A program made the position numbers and the translations under genes. Shown here piece by piece: positions 49,460 to 63,861 of a stretch of DNA of 64,000 nucleotides. Where the stretch lies: assembly GCF_001194135.2 (NCBI RefSeq), contig NC_069004.1, positions 8,663,334-8,727,333 on the forward strand, in the 5' to 3' direction. The notes under the pieces are model-generated. The model was not told the origin of the DNA. It ran no database searches and was given only the letters and a program-made list of their open reading frames with translations. This DNA is from Octopus bimaculoides. Its lineage: Eukaryota. Numbering within the stretch: the first letter of the stretch is position 1; every line of letters begins with the position of its first letter.

Positions 49460-50335
49460 GGATAAAAATCCAAATTTACAGGTAAAAATTCAATTTATCA
49501 AAATTAAAATTAAATTAAATTTCACAATATATAATATATAAATATATAATTTAAATAAAAAAACCACAATTCTTGAATCTTTTAGTGTATTTACTTATAA
49601 AATTTTTCTATATGTGACTGTGGATTTTCATGGATGAATCCAAGAATTGTGTTTTTTTTCTCTAAATTATATATATATATATATATATTAATAATTTAAA
49701 GAACTCAACCGATGAAGGAGATCACACACCATAAAAAAAAATCGTACTTTACAAAATACTAATTTAAAAATCTAAAAAATCTAAGAGAAAATTTATAGTC
49801 CATAAAATCTATAAAATATTAGATTAAAAAATTAATCCAGTTTAGTAAATTTAGAAAAACGAAATTGAATAAAAATCTACGTGAGTTTCGTGGGCAACAT
49901 AAAAGTGGAAAAGATCTGGGCAATTTACAATAAATCAATCAAGATAAGTTCCACTCAGAATGAGAACACTCTTCAGGCCTTGTAGCTTCAGAAAAAGTAT
50001 CCTAAAATTTAAAAATGCAATAAAATAAAATAGGAAAAAGTAGGAATATTTGTACGTTTAAGCAAATATTAGAACAATAAAGTGTCATGGTTTTATAATA
50101 ATAAACGTCTATTAAGTTAACGGCATAGAACGTCCAATGAAGAAATACTTTCTGTATTTTTAGAATAGGAAAACATAAAAAGACAGTGGTATTAACTATT
50201 GAATAAATTCAGACGTTCAACAGTATTAATAAAAAGAACAACATCACTTATCTTATCGATGATTCTTTGTAGACAGCCATATTATCCATGAAGCATAGAA
50301 TTTCTACGATGTGTATCACGTGACGCCGTAGTGCC
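49460..50335. repeat. AT-rich interspersed repeat related to 48275-48636 (possibly Penelope-like)
   Basis: Shares GATAAAAATCCAAATTTA(C/T)AGGTAAAAA and TTTTTCTATATGTGACTGTGGATTTTCATGGAT with the 48.3-48.6 kb copy; no clear ORF. Confidence 0.5.
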
Positions 50336-51269
50336 AGCATGGAAGGCTGAGTTAAACGATGATAATGATGATGATGAGGAGGACGATACACACACACACA
50401 TATTCTTTTATTCTTCTATTCTTTTACTTGTTTCAGCCATTTGACTGGAGGACTGCCTTTAGTTGAACAAATAGACCCCAGGATTTATTCTTTGTAAGCC
50501 TAGTACTTATTCTATCAGTCTCTTTTGCTGAACTGCCAAGTTATGGGGATGTGAACACGCTGAACTCGATTGTCAAGTGATGGGGGGGGGGCAAACACAG
50601 ACACACAAATACACACACACACAAACACACACATGAAGGGCTTCTTTTAGCTTTGGTCTACCAAATCCACTCATAAGGCCCAAGGCTATAGTAGAAGACA
50701 TTTGACCAAAGTGCCACATAAAGAGACTGAACCCGGAACCATGTGGTTGGGAAGCAATCTTCTTACCGGACACTATACACACACACATACACATGTACAC
50801 ACACACACATATATATATACATACACACACGTGTATATGGTGAGTTTTTCTTAGTTTCCAATCTACCACATCTATAAATCCATTCTCAAGCCTTTGGTTG
50901 GCTCAGGGCTATAGGGGAAGCCACTTTCTCTACATGCCATACTGTGGGATTGAACCTAAGACCATGTGGTTTGAAGCTAACTTCTCAAATACACGCTTGT
51001 ACATATATCTGTATATATAATTATTCAGACACAAAATTCACACGCGCAACTGTCAAAACGTGCATGTGCATAAAAACATACATAGAAACACACAAACAAA
51101 CAAACACACACACACACACACACACACACCAGATTCCAGAGTGAAAAAATGTAGGGCTTTTGTATAGGAAAAAAGAAAGAAAAACCTACGAAGGAAATGT
51201 CACAGTTTTATGGTCATACAAAGTACGTGTGTTGGCAAAGAAATATAATCTGCCATACATATAAACATG

Positions 51270-51315
<46 letters not shown>

Positions 51316-52307
51316 ACTACATNNNNNNNNNNNNNNNNNNNNNNNNNNNNNNNNNNNNNNNNNNNNNNNNNNNNNNNNNNNNNNNNNNNNNNNNNNNNNN
51401 NNNNNNNNNNNNNNNNNNNNNNNNNNNNNNNNNNNNNNNNNNNNNNNNNNNNNNNNNNNNNNNNNNNNNNNNNNNNNNNNNNNNNNNNNNNNNNNNNNNN
51501 NNNNNNNNNNNNNNNNNNNNNNNNNNNNNNNNNNNNNNNNNNNNNNNNNNNNNNNNNNNNNNNNNNNNNNNNNNNNNNNNNNNNNNNNNNNNNNNNNNNN
51601 NNNNNNNNNNNNNNNNNNNNNNNNNNNNNNNNNNNNNNNNNNNNNNNNNNNNNNNNNNNNNNNNNNNNNNNNNNNNNNNNNNNNNNNNNNNNNNNNNNNN
51701 NNNNNNNNNNNNNNNNNNNNNNNNNNNNNNNNNNNNNNNNNNNNNNNNNNNNNNNNNNNNNNNNNNNNNNNNNNNNNNNNNNNNNNNNNNNNNNNNNNNN
51801 NNNNNNNNNNNNNNNNNNNNNNNNNNNNNNNNNNNNNNNNNNNNNNNNNNNNNNNNNNNNNNNNNNNNNNNNNNNNNNNNNNNNNNNNNNNNNNNNNNNN
51901 NNNNNNNNNNNNNNNNNNNNNNNNNNNNNNNNNNNNNNNNNNNNNNNNNNNNNNNNNNNNNNNNNNNNNNNNNNNNNNNNNNNNNNNNNNNNNNNNNNNN
52001 NNNNNNNNNNNNNNNNNNNNNNNNNNNNNNNNNNNNNNNNNNNNNNNNNNNNNNNNNNNNNNNNNNNNNNNNNNNNNNNNNNNNNNNNNNNNNNNNNNNN
52101 NNNNNNNNNNNNTTGTTATTTAAGAATGAATATTTTGATATTAATTCGATAGATTTGGTATTAATTTTACAATTACATGCTTGTTAATCTTGGACTTACA
52201 CACTAATAAATGTAAACATTTGTGTGTGTGTGTATGTGAAGGTGTACATATGTGTATAATTATAGACATGGTTGTGTGTGTGTGTGTGTGTATGTATATA
52301 TATATAT

Positions 52308-52354
<47 letters not shown>

Positions 52355-52959
52355 GCCTAAACTTATGGATATGAGTATATGTATTTAAATACCTGTTTGT
52401 GAGCGTGAGTATGTATATTTTTCTAAACATACCAGGAGCTAACCATCATCATCGTCATCATCATCACCATCATCGTCCTTTTATCATCTGCTATCCCATA
52501 GACTTTGGCAGGATTTGAACTCAGAGCATAAGAAACTGGACTAAACGCCTCAAAGTCATTTAGTTTGATGATTTGACAAACCTGCCAATTTGTCAAGTGA
52601 CAATAATAATAATAACAAGACCCCTGCCAAGGCAATACCAACATCCTCTCAACGATTAACCAGAGGTGATTTTTAAAATGAGAATATCTGTAATAAAACT
52701 AGACTGCACTCACAAACACGAATACTAAAAAATGAACCAGACCACTCTCAAAAGTTAAGTAAAAATACCAGAAAAATCATCCAGCATCCTTGTCTGGTAC
52801 TAGAATGATACCGAAAACTAATCAGTTTGTGCCAGTCATGAGGCCTAGCATCCCTGAAAGTTTCATCCAAATCCATCCAGCAGTTCTTGAGATATCTTGT
52901 CTATGGACAAACAAACAAACAAACATGAGACAGAAGCAATAATAATAATAATAATAATG

Positions 52960-53664
52960 ATTTCAAAATTTTTCTACAAGGGCAGCTTGGGGGAGGGGAT
53001 TAAGTCGATTACATCGACCTCAGTGTGTAACTGGTACTTATTTAATTAACCCTGAAAGGATGAAAAGCAAAGTTGACCTTGGTGGAATTTGAACTCAGAA
53101 TGTAGCGACGGGCAAAATACCACTAAGCATTTTGTCTGATACACTAACGATTCCGCCAGCTCACCGCTTTAATAATAATAGTAATAATAATAATCCTTTC
53201 TACTAAAGGCATATGGCCTGAAATTTTGGGGTGAGGGTCTAGTCAATCACATCGACTCCACTGTTTCAGTGGTACTTAATTTATCAACCCCAAGAGGATG
53301 AAGGGCAAAATTGACCATGGCAGAATTTGAACTCAGAACATAGCGACAGGTGAAATACTGCTAAGCATTTTGTCCGGAACACTAATGATTCTACCAGCTT
53401 GCCCCCTTAATAATAATAATAATGATAATAATAATAATAATAATAATGATCCTTTCTATTAAGGGCACAAGACCTGAAATTTGGTGGGAGGGGATTAGTC
53501 AATTACATCAACTCCAGTGTTTCACTGGTACCTAATTTATCAATCCTGAAAGGATGAAAGGCAAAGTTGACCTCGGTGGAATTTGAACTCAGAACAAAGC
53601 AATGGGCAAAATACTGCTAAGCATTTTGTCCGGCGCACTAACAATTCTGCCAGCTCACCACCTT
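52960..53664 (-). mobile_element. Tandem of three family A SINEs separated by (TAA)n
   Basis: Copies at about 52960-53170, 53195-53408 and 53451-53664. Confidence 0.85.
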
Positions 53665-53730
53665 AATAATAATAAAAAGAATAAATAATAATAATAATAA
53701 TAATAATAATAAGAAGAAGAAGAATAGACA

Positions 53731-53960
53731 GAGAATGAGAAATATGAGAAGTACCAAAATCTAGCATTGGAAGTGAAATGCATCTTTCGAGTCTCAAAAC
53801 TGAGTGTGTTGTTACCTATTGTGATTGGTGCACTTGCAGCAATCTCAAACGCAGTAGTATTCTGGCATGCAAAGCTGCAAATAACAAACCTTATAGGATG
53901 TACACAGTTGGCAGCAATACTTGAAACAGCACATATTGAGAATAGTGTTGTGTCTCTAAG
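53731..53960 (+). mobile_element. RLE-type retrotransposon 3' fragment (second subfamily)
   Basis: EKYEKYQNLALEVKCIFRVSKLSVLLPIVIGALAAIS..QLAAILETAHI; follows a (TAA)n(AAG)n tract. Confidence 0.75.
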
Positions 53961-55318
53961 CTGCAAGAAGGAGCTGAAATGTGATGTAGATAACTTAGGA
54001 GAAGAAAGGAAAACAAAAAGAATAGTCGTGTTTGTTTGTTTGTTTGTCCATATAGACAAGATAACTCAAGAACTGCTGGATGAATTCAAATAAAACTTTT
54101 AGGGATGTTTAGCCTCATGACTGCCACAAACTGACTAGATTTTGGGATCGATCCAGTACCGGACAAGGATTCTGGATTATTTTTCCTGTTTTTTACTTAA
54201 TTTTTGAGAGCGGTCGGGTTCATTTTTAGTATTCTCATTTATGAGAGCAATCGAGTTTATTTCAGATATTCGCATTTTAAAAATCATCTCTGGCTAATCT
54301 TTGAGATTGGTGTTGCTTTGGTGGAGGTTTGCACTTTCTGAGCACTCTTGTTATCAATTATTATTATTATTATTATTATTACTATTATAAACTGTAATTC
54401 ACTTGAACCGTTCTTGTTAATGTTGTGATATGGAGAAGATAAATGTGAAAGTTTGATAACGAGTGGAAGTTGTCATTCATAAAGTCATCAAAGATGAAGG
54501 AAGAAGGAAAGATTAGTGAAAGTCTGTAATTATTTTCAGTTTCACTTGAGTTGCAAGAACAGCACATTGTTAACACTGTTGGAAAAAGAAAAAAAATCCA
54601 TGGAGTTTATTAAGTGGATAAGAGTTTGTTTATAATTTTGATAAAGACTACATACACATAAAGACTACATACACATAAAGACTACATACACATAAAGACT
54701 ACATACACATACACTGTTTATAATATTGATAAAGACTACATACACATATACTAGGTGGGGTGCTGAAAAGTTCCTGTCTTTAAGGGTATCATGAAAGGCC
54801 TGGTTGGAGACCCAACCTTCTGAGCTCTTTTATAGGACTTAGAAAAACTGAAGGGCCACTGCAATAAGTGTGAGGGGGGATTTGTTAAATAAAAACATAA
54901 ATAACTGGTCCTCTTGTATTTTTCTTTTACCAAAAGCCAGGGACCTTTCAGGACTCTCTCATACACACACACACACACACTCACACACATGCTCACACAC
55001 GTTCACACACACATGCACATATGCAGACACACTCTCACACACACGCATATATATAATCACACACACACACATACATATATTGTCATACACATGCACACAC
55101 ACATACATACATGCACACACACATGCATGCACAGATACGCATGTACGCATACACACACATACACTCATGCACATTCATATACATACTCGCACGCACTCAT
55201 ATACATAATCACTCACACATACATACATAATCACACTCACATACATGCATGCACACATACACATGCACTCATGCACACATATGCACTCGTATGCACTTAT
55301 ATGCATAATCACACACTC

Positions 55319-55371
<53 letters not shown>

Positions 55372-57369
55372 CACTCACATGCACACACACATATACACAC
55401 CCATTAGCACACATACATACATGGTGGATTTGTGGTAAATTGGCCAATTCAAAGCTATGATACTAAGTGATGCACAATGGGATTGAACTTGGTACCACAT
55501 GGCTGGAAAGAAAGCTTCTTAACTACACAGCCATGCATTTGATAACCTCCCCCACCCACACATGGACATGTCTATTTGTGTAATTAGCAATGGCTAATGT
55601 CAGCTGAAAAATCCTGTTTACATAGTCATGGACATAAGAAAAAGAAACTTGGGTGGGGGGATGGGAAAAGGAAAGGATGAGAGGGATGATGGAGAAAAGA
55701 GGAGTAGGTGGGGGAGATTAGAAGAGAATGACAGCAAAGTGAGGGACATGGGGTGGAGGGTGAGGGAAGGAGTAGGTGTAAGAAAAAGAGAGGTGTAAGT
55801 GGAAGAGGTGAAGATGGTGGTGGTGGTGGTGATGGAAGTGTTATCACAGATAGGAAAAACTAGGTGAGGTGGTGATGAGGCAAGTAATTTCTCAATGTGT
55901 ACTTGTGTATGTATGCGTGTGTTTTGAGTGGAGTGAAGGGAAAGGCAAGCAATTCCTTAATGTACATTTATGTAAGTATGTATGAATTTATGTATGAGTG
56001 TTTTGAGGGAAGTGTGGAGAGAAGCAAATAATTCCCCAAGTTATAGTATGTATGTATCTATGTGTTTTGAGTGGAGCAGAGGGAAAGATATTGCTAGTTC
56101 TGTATGGAAGAAAAGGTGGATCATTATAGATTGCTATTTTGTTTTTGTATTGATAGAGATTTTTGCTTGTTCATTTGTGACTGCTATTGTTGTTGTTAAG
56201 TTATTATATTAGCTACCAAATCAATATGTCTTCAAAAGAGAAAAAAAAAAACAGATTGAATAAAGTGAAACATTAAACAATAAAGCTACTTCAAATGTAA
56301 TTCTTCACTTTGGTGATATTCTTCAGGTTTTTTGTTTTGGTTTGGTTGTGGTGAGGTAAAAAATTGACTGGTACTTCAGTNNNNNNNNNNTATATATAAA
56401 CCCACTTTATTCTGTCAAGGGCTTATATGCTCCAATATTAGACTATTTTCTTTGGTCAATACATGGTGAGTGCTTATAAGCTTTAAGCTTATAAAATATT
56501 CTCATTTACAGAATTGTCACTTATCATCGCTTCTCAAATCATTGCAGAAAATGCATATACATATATAATACATATACATATTTCAAAGGGCAGTCTTGTC
56601 ACATTACACTGAATCTCCTTGAGAATTATGTTAAGGGTATGCATATCTGTGGGGTACTCAGCCACTTGCGTGTTAATTTCATAAACATATATATGTGTAT
56701 GTGTGTGTATCTTTTATCTTTTCTTTTAGTTGTTTTGGTCATTAGATTGCAGCCATGCTGGAACACTGCCTTGGGGAATTTTTAGATGAATGAATCAATC
56801 CCAGATCTCTTTTGTTAAGCCTGGCACCTATTCTAGTGGTCTCTTTTGCTGAATCACTAAAATATGGGGGACATAAACACACCGACACTGGTTATCAATC
56901 AGTAGTGGGAGACAGACACAAACACACAGACAAATACACACATATATATATATACGAGTATATATACAAAGAGCTTCTTTGAGATTCCATCTATCATATC
57001 CATTCACAAAACTTTGGTCAGCATGAGACTATAATAGAAGACACTGGCCCAGGGTGTCATGCAGTGGGAGTGAACCTAGAACCATGTGGTTGGAAAGCAA
57101 ACTTCTTATGTATATGTAATGAAATCAACAAAAAAGGTCCAGTGAACTTGTAGTGGGGAAAGGGAAATCCAAAGTTTCAGAATCTATTTTCAGGGAAAAG
57201 TTGACACGAGAGAAATTAATGAGAAACAGCAGTGTCTGACATCAGCTAAGTTTAAAAAAAAAAAAAAAATCCACAAAAAGCAGAGACTGGCTGCAACTTC
57301 CCTCAATAAGTTCTTTGGTCTATTTGTCAATTTTACTAAATAATTTTACTAATATATATATATATTTTA

Positions 57370-57419
<50 letters not shown>

Positions 57420-58149
57420 TGCACACACACACACACATACACACACACAAACACAAACATACATGTAATATATAGATATCAATACATATGTATACAATAA
57501 TAATAATAATAATAGTAGTAGTTTCTGATTTAGGAGCAAGGCGAACGTTCTTGAGGAGGAGGGACTTAGCTGATAACATCAACCCTGGAACTTGACTTGT
57601 ACCTTATTTCATTGACCCCACGAAAAAAAAAAGAAAAGAAAAATTGAAAACCAAAGCAAAACGGTGTAGTTATCTAAGGAACAGTGAATTGTGCTTGATT
57701 GTGCAATGAAAGATTGTAATAAGAATAAAAAATTGAGATGAGATTTTGAAGGGGAAAAAATTAATTAAGAAAGCAAATAACAAGGTAGATAAAAAAGCAG
57801 GATTAAGGTAATTAAACCAAAGATAGATTTATAAATATTTAGAAAACAATGATCAAGACTGAGTATATAATATGCAACTAGTAAGATAGGTTTTGATGAT
57901 AATATATGCATATCTGTGGTTGTGTGTATGGAGCAGCAACAGTTGGTTGTACAAATGATAGTATTTCACTGGGGTTTATATAACAAACTGGTAGTTATCA
58001 ACTGATACTTTATTTACCAGATATAGAAAGAGATGGGGGCTGAGGTTAGTCAACATTGCTCCATAAGGATCATCAGGTCACAACCATTTGATGCCAGAGG
58101 ATGTGATCTCGGGTTACCTCTTTGATTTCAGACCCAGAGATACCGATTG

Positions 58150-58385
58150 CTTTCACTTCATCCTCCCCACATCCTTTCCAGGGCCTTCTTAGGATGTTCA
58201 ACTTTCCTCCTTCCTTCAGGTTACCAGTCTAACACTGGTCTTGTAATGCTGCTTGGAGGTCTCCTTAGAACATGACAAATCCAGTGCCATTTCCTTTTCA
58301 GAATTTCTTGATTGAAAAGAATTTGGTTCATTCTATTTCAGAGACTTCTATCTGAAATTTTCTCTGGTCACCAAATCTTGAGAAT
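58150..58385 (-). mobile_element. RTE-clade LINE fragment (pseudogenised)
   Basis: ILKIW*PEKISDRSL*NRMNQILFNQEILKRKWHWICHVLRRPPSSITRPVLDW*PEGRRKVEHPKK; RKW.W.GH.LR..W.P.G.R motif with stops. Confidence 0.8.
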
Positions 58386-59176
58386 GAAAGGCAAATTTGA
58401 ATCCCAGTTGGAATTTCAGCCATAAATAAATACCACAAGAATACCTAGAAAAAAAAGAAGTTGCAGAAGCATTGATGACAATTCAAAACTAACAAGTCCT
58501 GGGAGATGAAGGCTTTTTCTCAGGGAAACATTTGACACATTGCAGTAAAATGGAAAAATGTAACTCCTTAAGCAAACCACCATTCTGCATTATAAGTTAG
58601 GTCCTGACCTAGAACCCACATAAGAAGAGTAAAAAAAAGATAAACCTATCTGGAGGTGGAATACTGAGACAGTGCTGAAAAAGTATGGATCTGATTAGAA
58701 AGAAGCAGAAAAGACAGCTCAGAATCAAAAACACCAAAGAAAAGTCTTTAATGGCCTCTGCTCCATGGGAAGCAAATGGTTAAAGAAAGGAATGTTGTAA
58801 GAAGGGTCACAAGAGACCACTTGCAGATAAGCAATTGGGTATCAATTTGATACCAGCTTCTGTTGAATGACACAGCAAAGTACACACACACACATGCATT
58901 GCAGATAGACACGCTTACACACGCAAACGCATACATATTTATATAATATTTGTATATATTACAGTCAATATTTACATTGTCTGTCATTTATGTATATTTT
59001 GTTTTAAACAGATAGCAGCCAGTTCTTGTCCTTCTCTGTCTATCTTTCTAGAAAAACATAATGCGTACGTGTATGTGTATGTAAATACGCACATACAAAC
59101 ATACATATGCCATACATACACAAATACATGTCTATATATACATATATATATATTGTGTGTATATACACACACACAC

Positions 59177-59230
<54 letters not shown>

Positions 59231-59328
59231 NNNNNNNNNNNNNNNNNNNNNNNNNNNNNNNNNNNNNNNNNNNNNNNNNNNNNNNNNNNNNNNNNNNNNN
59301 NNNNNNNNNNNNNNNNNNNNNNNNNNNN

Positions 59329-59361
<33 letters not shown>

Positions 59362-59402
59362 TATAGATATACACACACAAATAGATAGATAAACGGATAT
59401 AT

Positions 59403-59434
<32 letters not shown>

Positions 59435-61646
59435 AAGAAAGAGAGAGTACAAAAACGTGTTTATACACTAAGAATTATATTACCTCTACAAGCACATATA
59501 CACACGTACACATGTACACACTTATTTTCTCTTCCCAGTAGAGATCTACACAAAGCTATGTATGTGTGTACTTACGTAAATGCATGAGAAAGAGAAAGTA
59601 AGGAAAAGACCAAGAGAGCATGTGAGCAAAAGGGAGAGCAAGAGACAGATAGAAAGACCCAGGAAGAGAGAGCGAGAGAGGAAGAGAGAGAAAGTGAGAG
59701 AAAGGAAAGACATATTTTATTATGAAATTATATACACAAATTTTGCTAGTGAATAAAAACAAACCCTACAAAAAATATGCAATATTAGAGTTTTGGTGTG
59801 AATGTGTTATTGTTGATACTTAATATAATATTTTCTGATTTGTTTATATTTTGTGTGTGTGTGTGTTTGTTTATCTCTATGCAGAAACTTGTAAATAAAC
59901 AAGAGAACAGTATTACAAGACAAACAACATTTTACGAGCCAAGAAGGAACTTCTACAGCATTGTATAAATGGTATTGCAAGAAGTTGTTGAATGACAACA
60001 TAGCATATAATATACTCTTTTACTCTTATACTCCTTTACTTGTTTTAGTCATTTGACTGTGGCCATGCTGGAGCACCGCCTTTAGTCGAGAAAATCGACC
60101 CCAGGACTTATTCATTGTAAGCCTAGTATGTATTCTATCAGTCTCTTTTGCCGAACCGCTAAGTTACGGGGATGTTAACACACCAGCATTGGTTGTCAAG
60201 CGATGTTGGGGGGACAAACACAGACACACAAACATACACACACACATACACACATACATATAAATATATATATATATATATAGCATTGATATATATACAT
60301 GTATATATGACGGGCTTCTTTCAGTTTCCATCTACCAAATCCACTCACAAGGCTTTGGTTGGTTCAAGGTTATAGTAGAAGACACTTGCCCAAGGTACCA
60401 AGCAGTGAGACTGAACCTGGAGCCATGTGGTTGGGAAGCAAGCTTCTTATCACACAGTCATGCCTGAACCTATATGATTGCTTATTTTTAGGATGACAGT
60501 GTATGATAGGTCTGAGAGGTCAGATTTGGCCAGTTTGAATGCAAAACAGGTAGAATATTTGGGCCAGATATGATTGGTTTAATTGCTAAAGGGTTTCACT
60601 TTAAAACAGGAAGTTTATATCATCAAACCAAGGACAGTCCCAGGTGGGTTGCTAGAAGATAGACAATAAAGTTGGACCATTAGAGATCATTACTGAGACA
60701 TTAAAAATACCCAGCAAGGAAGGGTAAGTGCTAGGTCTGTCATCACCAGCAATATTTAAGGTGTAATAAATACAATGATGAATACATTTCTTCCTTTAGT
60801 TACCTTCTTTCCAGCTTCATTTGCAAATATTTAACGCAAATATTTAGTGAGAAAATATCTATAGAGTCACTTGACATCTCATAAGCAGTTGATCCATTTT
60901 TCTTAAATCAGACCCTCACCGTCATAAAAAGAAAGGACACATTGGACAGTGTAGTCCTAGATATACTTAGTCATATAAGTTAGTTACTTGGACTTTTATG
61001 AGATTGGTTAATTATCCTTTACATTTATATTTTTTTTCCCCTCAAAAGGGGCATTTTTGTTAAAGTTTGTTGTAAAAAAATCTTAAGTAGGTTAACTTTA
61101 TTTTCATCATCATCATCATTATCACCCCCCACCCAACAACAACACCATCGTATTATGTCTGGTCTCAATGTTGACTTGGGTTGGATAGGTCATCATGATC
61201 CCCATCCATAAGTTTTCTGAGTTACTACCTACCTACATAGTCAGAGAACCATGTCTTGAACATACATTCTACTCCTGATATGTTTTCTATAATTGGATGC
61301 TCTTCCGGGCATCACCTGTTTTGTAGAGTGTACTGGGTACATTTTATCATGGTCTGAGCACTAAAGAGATCATCATGTCCTTGACAAGACTAAATGCTGC
61401 ATAATTTCTGCTCCCTCGCCAAAACTTTTAAAGTGTGTACAGGATGTATTTTATCATGGCACAAACATTAGTTGAGTTACCTTGTACCCTGCAAACATAA
61501 AAAGTTCTTGCTGCTTTACGTTTCCTCTGTTCATTCGGGGTAATGAGACCAAAAGGGTAAACAGAAGAAGAGAAGGTGATGACAGAGGATAAATTTGTAG
61601 GGTGGCAGGGTAAACGAGGAAAGTGTATGATGCAGAAACAGAGTAA

Positions 61647-61852
61647 TTAACCCATTCGTTACTGTATTTATTTTGAGATGCTCTGTTTCTTTCAATTACT
61701 TTAAATATAACTTCGTTATCATTCAGCTAGTGTTAGGAACATAAATTGTGACTAAGGTTCGGTGGAAGATTTTGATTCAAAACTTATAAAAACAAGACAT
61801 TTGTACTCAGAGCCAGAGCCGGTTTCAGCTGGGTTGGTAATGAAAGGGTTAA
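61647..61852. mobile_element. piggyBac-type MITE, second family (206 bp including TTAA)
   Basis: TTAACCCATTCGTTAC ... GTAATGAAAGGGTTAA imperfect TIRs with TTAA at both ends. Confidence 0.8.
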
Positions 61853-61868
61853 GAAAAGGGAATAATGA

Positions 61869-61899
<31 letters not shown>

Positions 61900-63428
61900 T
61901 AAAAAAAAATAGCTGTAGAATAATAATAAAACTGATAAGATATATTTATGTATCTGGTAGTTTGAAATTCAGTGATAAAACATCTGGACCACAGATAGTT
62001 ATAATGGCTAGGTCATCCTTGATAATAAGTCTGTTTGACTAAGGATGATTTGAGTTTAGACTGTAACAACAGATGCCTAATGCACTTGTCCTGGTGTTGC
62101 AAACAATCATGGAGTCTTGCCTGAAACATTAAAAATTCACCTTTTCCTCATGATACAAAAATATATTTCAAGATCTAAACTTTATTCAATGAACTTTTTC
62201 TTTCTTTTTCTTTTTTCTTTTTTTTTTCTTTTTGATAATGCAGATTACAAGTCTCTGCTGGTTTCTTGGATTATTTTTTTCTTTTTTATAAAGTCAAATG
62301 AATTTAACCTTAGAGGTTAAGAAATATTTATTTCTTTATTGCCCACAGTGAGGCTAAACATAGAGGGGACAGGCAAAGGGATTAAGTCGATTGCATCGAC
62401 CCCAGTGTGTAACTGGTACTTGTTTAATCAACCACGAAAGGATGAAAGGCAAAGTCGACCTCGGTGGAATTTGAACTCAGAACGTAACAGCACACTAAGC
62501 ATTTCGCCTGGCATGCTAACAATTCTGCCAGCTCGCCTAATATCAACACACACACACACACACACTGTAAAATGTTTGAGATCTTTGGTACAGTTAGGTA
62601 TATTTGAAAAAATAGGAAAAGAATGACTTCACTACTAGTTCTAATCAGTTTAATCTATTATTTTTTTAAATTTTTTAATAATAAATTAAACTGATTAGAA
62701 CTACCAGTGAAGTCATATTTTTTCTTTCTTCAAATACATACATACATACATATCTATATACATATATATATATATATGGAAATATATGTGCATGCGTATG
62801 TATATANNNNNNNNNNNNNNNNNNNNNNNNNNNNNNNNNNNNNNNNNNNNNNNNNNNNNNNNNNNNNNNNNNNNNNNNNNNNNNNNTATATATATATATA
62901 CATACGCATGCACATATATTTCCATATATATATATATATGTCTTTCTCTATATATACATGTATATACTTTGGGACTATTTCACATGCATCTGGTTTACAC
63001 ATTGACATTAAAGACTTTCTTAGAAGAACGGTATGGAACTGGCATGAAACAACAAATGGCTAGCTTACCAAAGATATTTCATCAAGTACTGACTGAACTA
63101 TTTTCTGTCTTTTTATTGTATTTGTTTATTAATTTACGTTTTTTTTTTTAAAAAAAAACTTTGAAATAATTTTAAGCATGTGGTTTGCACATGAATTTTC
63201 TGGCAAAAGTTTGGGGCCCCAAAACTTCTATTGACTCCCCAAAGAGAACTTTAAACTTTAGACAGATTCTTGTGAGTATTTTTGTCTGAAGAATCAAATT
63301 TGGTAAGGAATGATGAATAGTAGCAAATGTAATTGAGTTGTTTGTATTATTTATAATTCCAAAAAGAAATTGAAGTCTTGTATGAATTAAGGTCTGGTCA
63401 AAATAGTTTTTTAATATTACACATTATG

Positions 63429-63481
<53 letters not shown>

Positions 63482-63820
63482 CATCATATATGAAGTGAGG
63501 GGTTTCAAAATTATGAACATGTGTATGTATAAATAAATATCTGCATATATTTATTTTGATGCTATATTTTCTCAAACACACACAAACACACACACACACA
63601 CACACATACAAACACACATGAGTATTTATGTATATATATTATGTGTGTATATATATATGGTTGTGTGTGTGTGTGTGCATGTTTGTATGTACATATTAGT
63701 ATGTGTATTTGATAATTATAATTTAAAAATACATAACTAGACGTTTCACTCACACAGCATTGAAAAGACATGACTGAAATAGAGACTTTGTAATTAGGCT
63801 TGAGAATATGTACACCACAC

Positions 63821-63861
<41 letters not shown>

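Noticed and set aside
56420-56465. Possible plus-strand micro-exon (ag / gtgagt) of a divergent gene
   Set aside because: A single 46-bp candidate with no partner exons or homology; no second gene could be supported in 49.3-64 kb.
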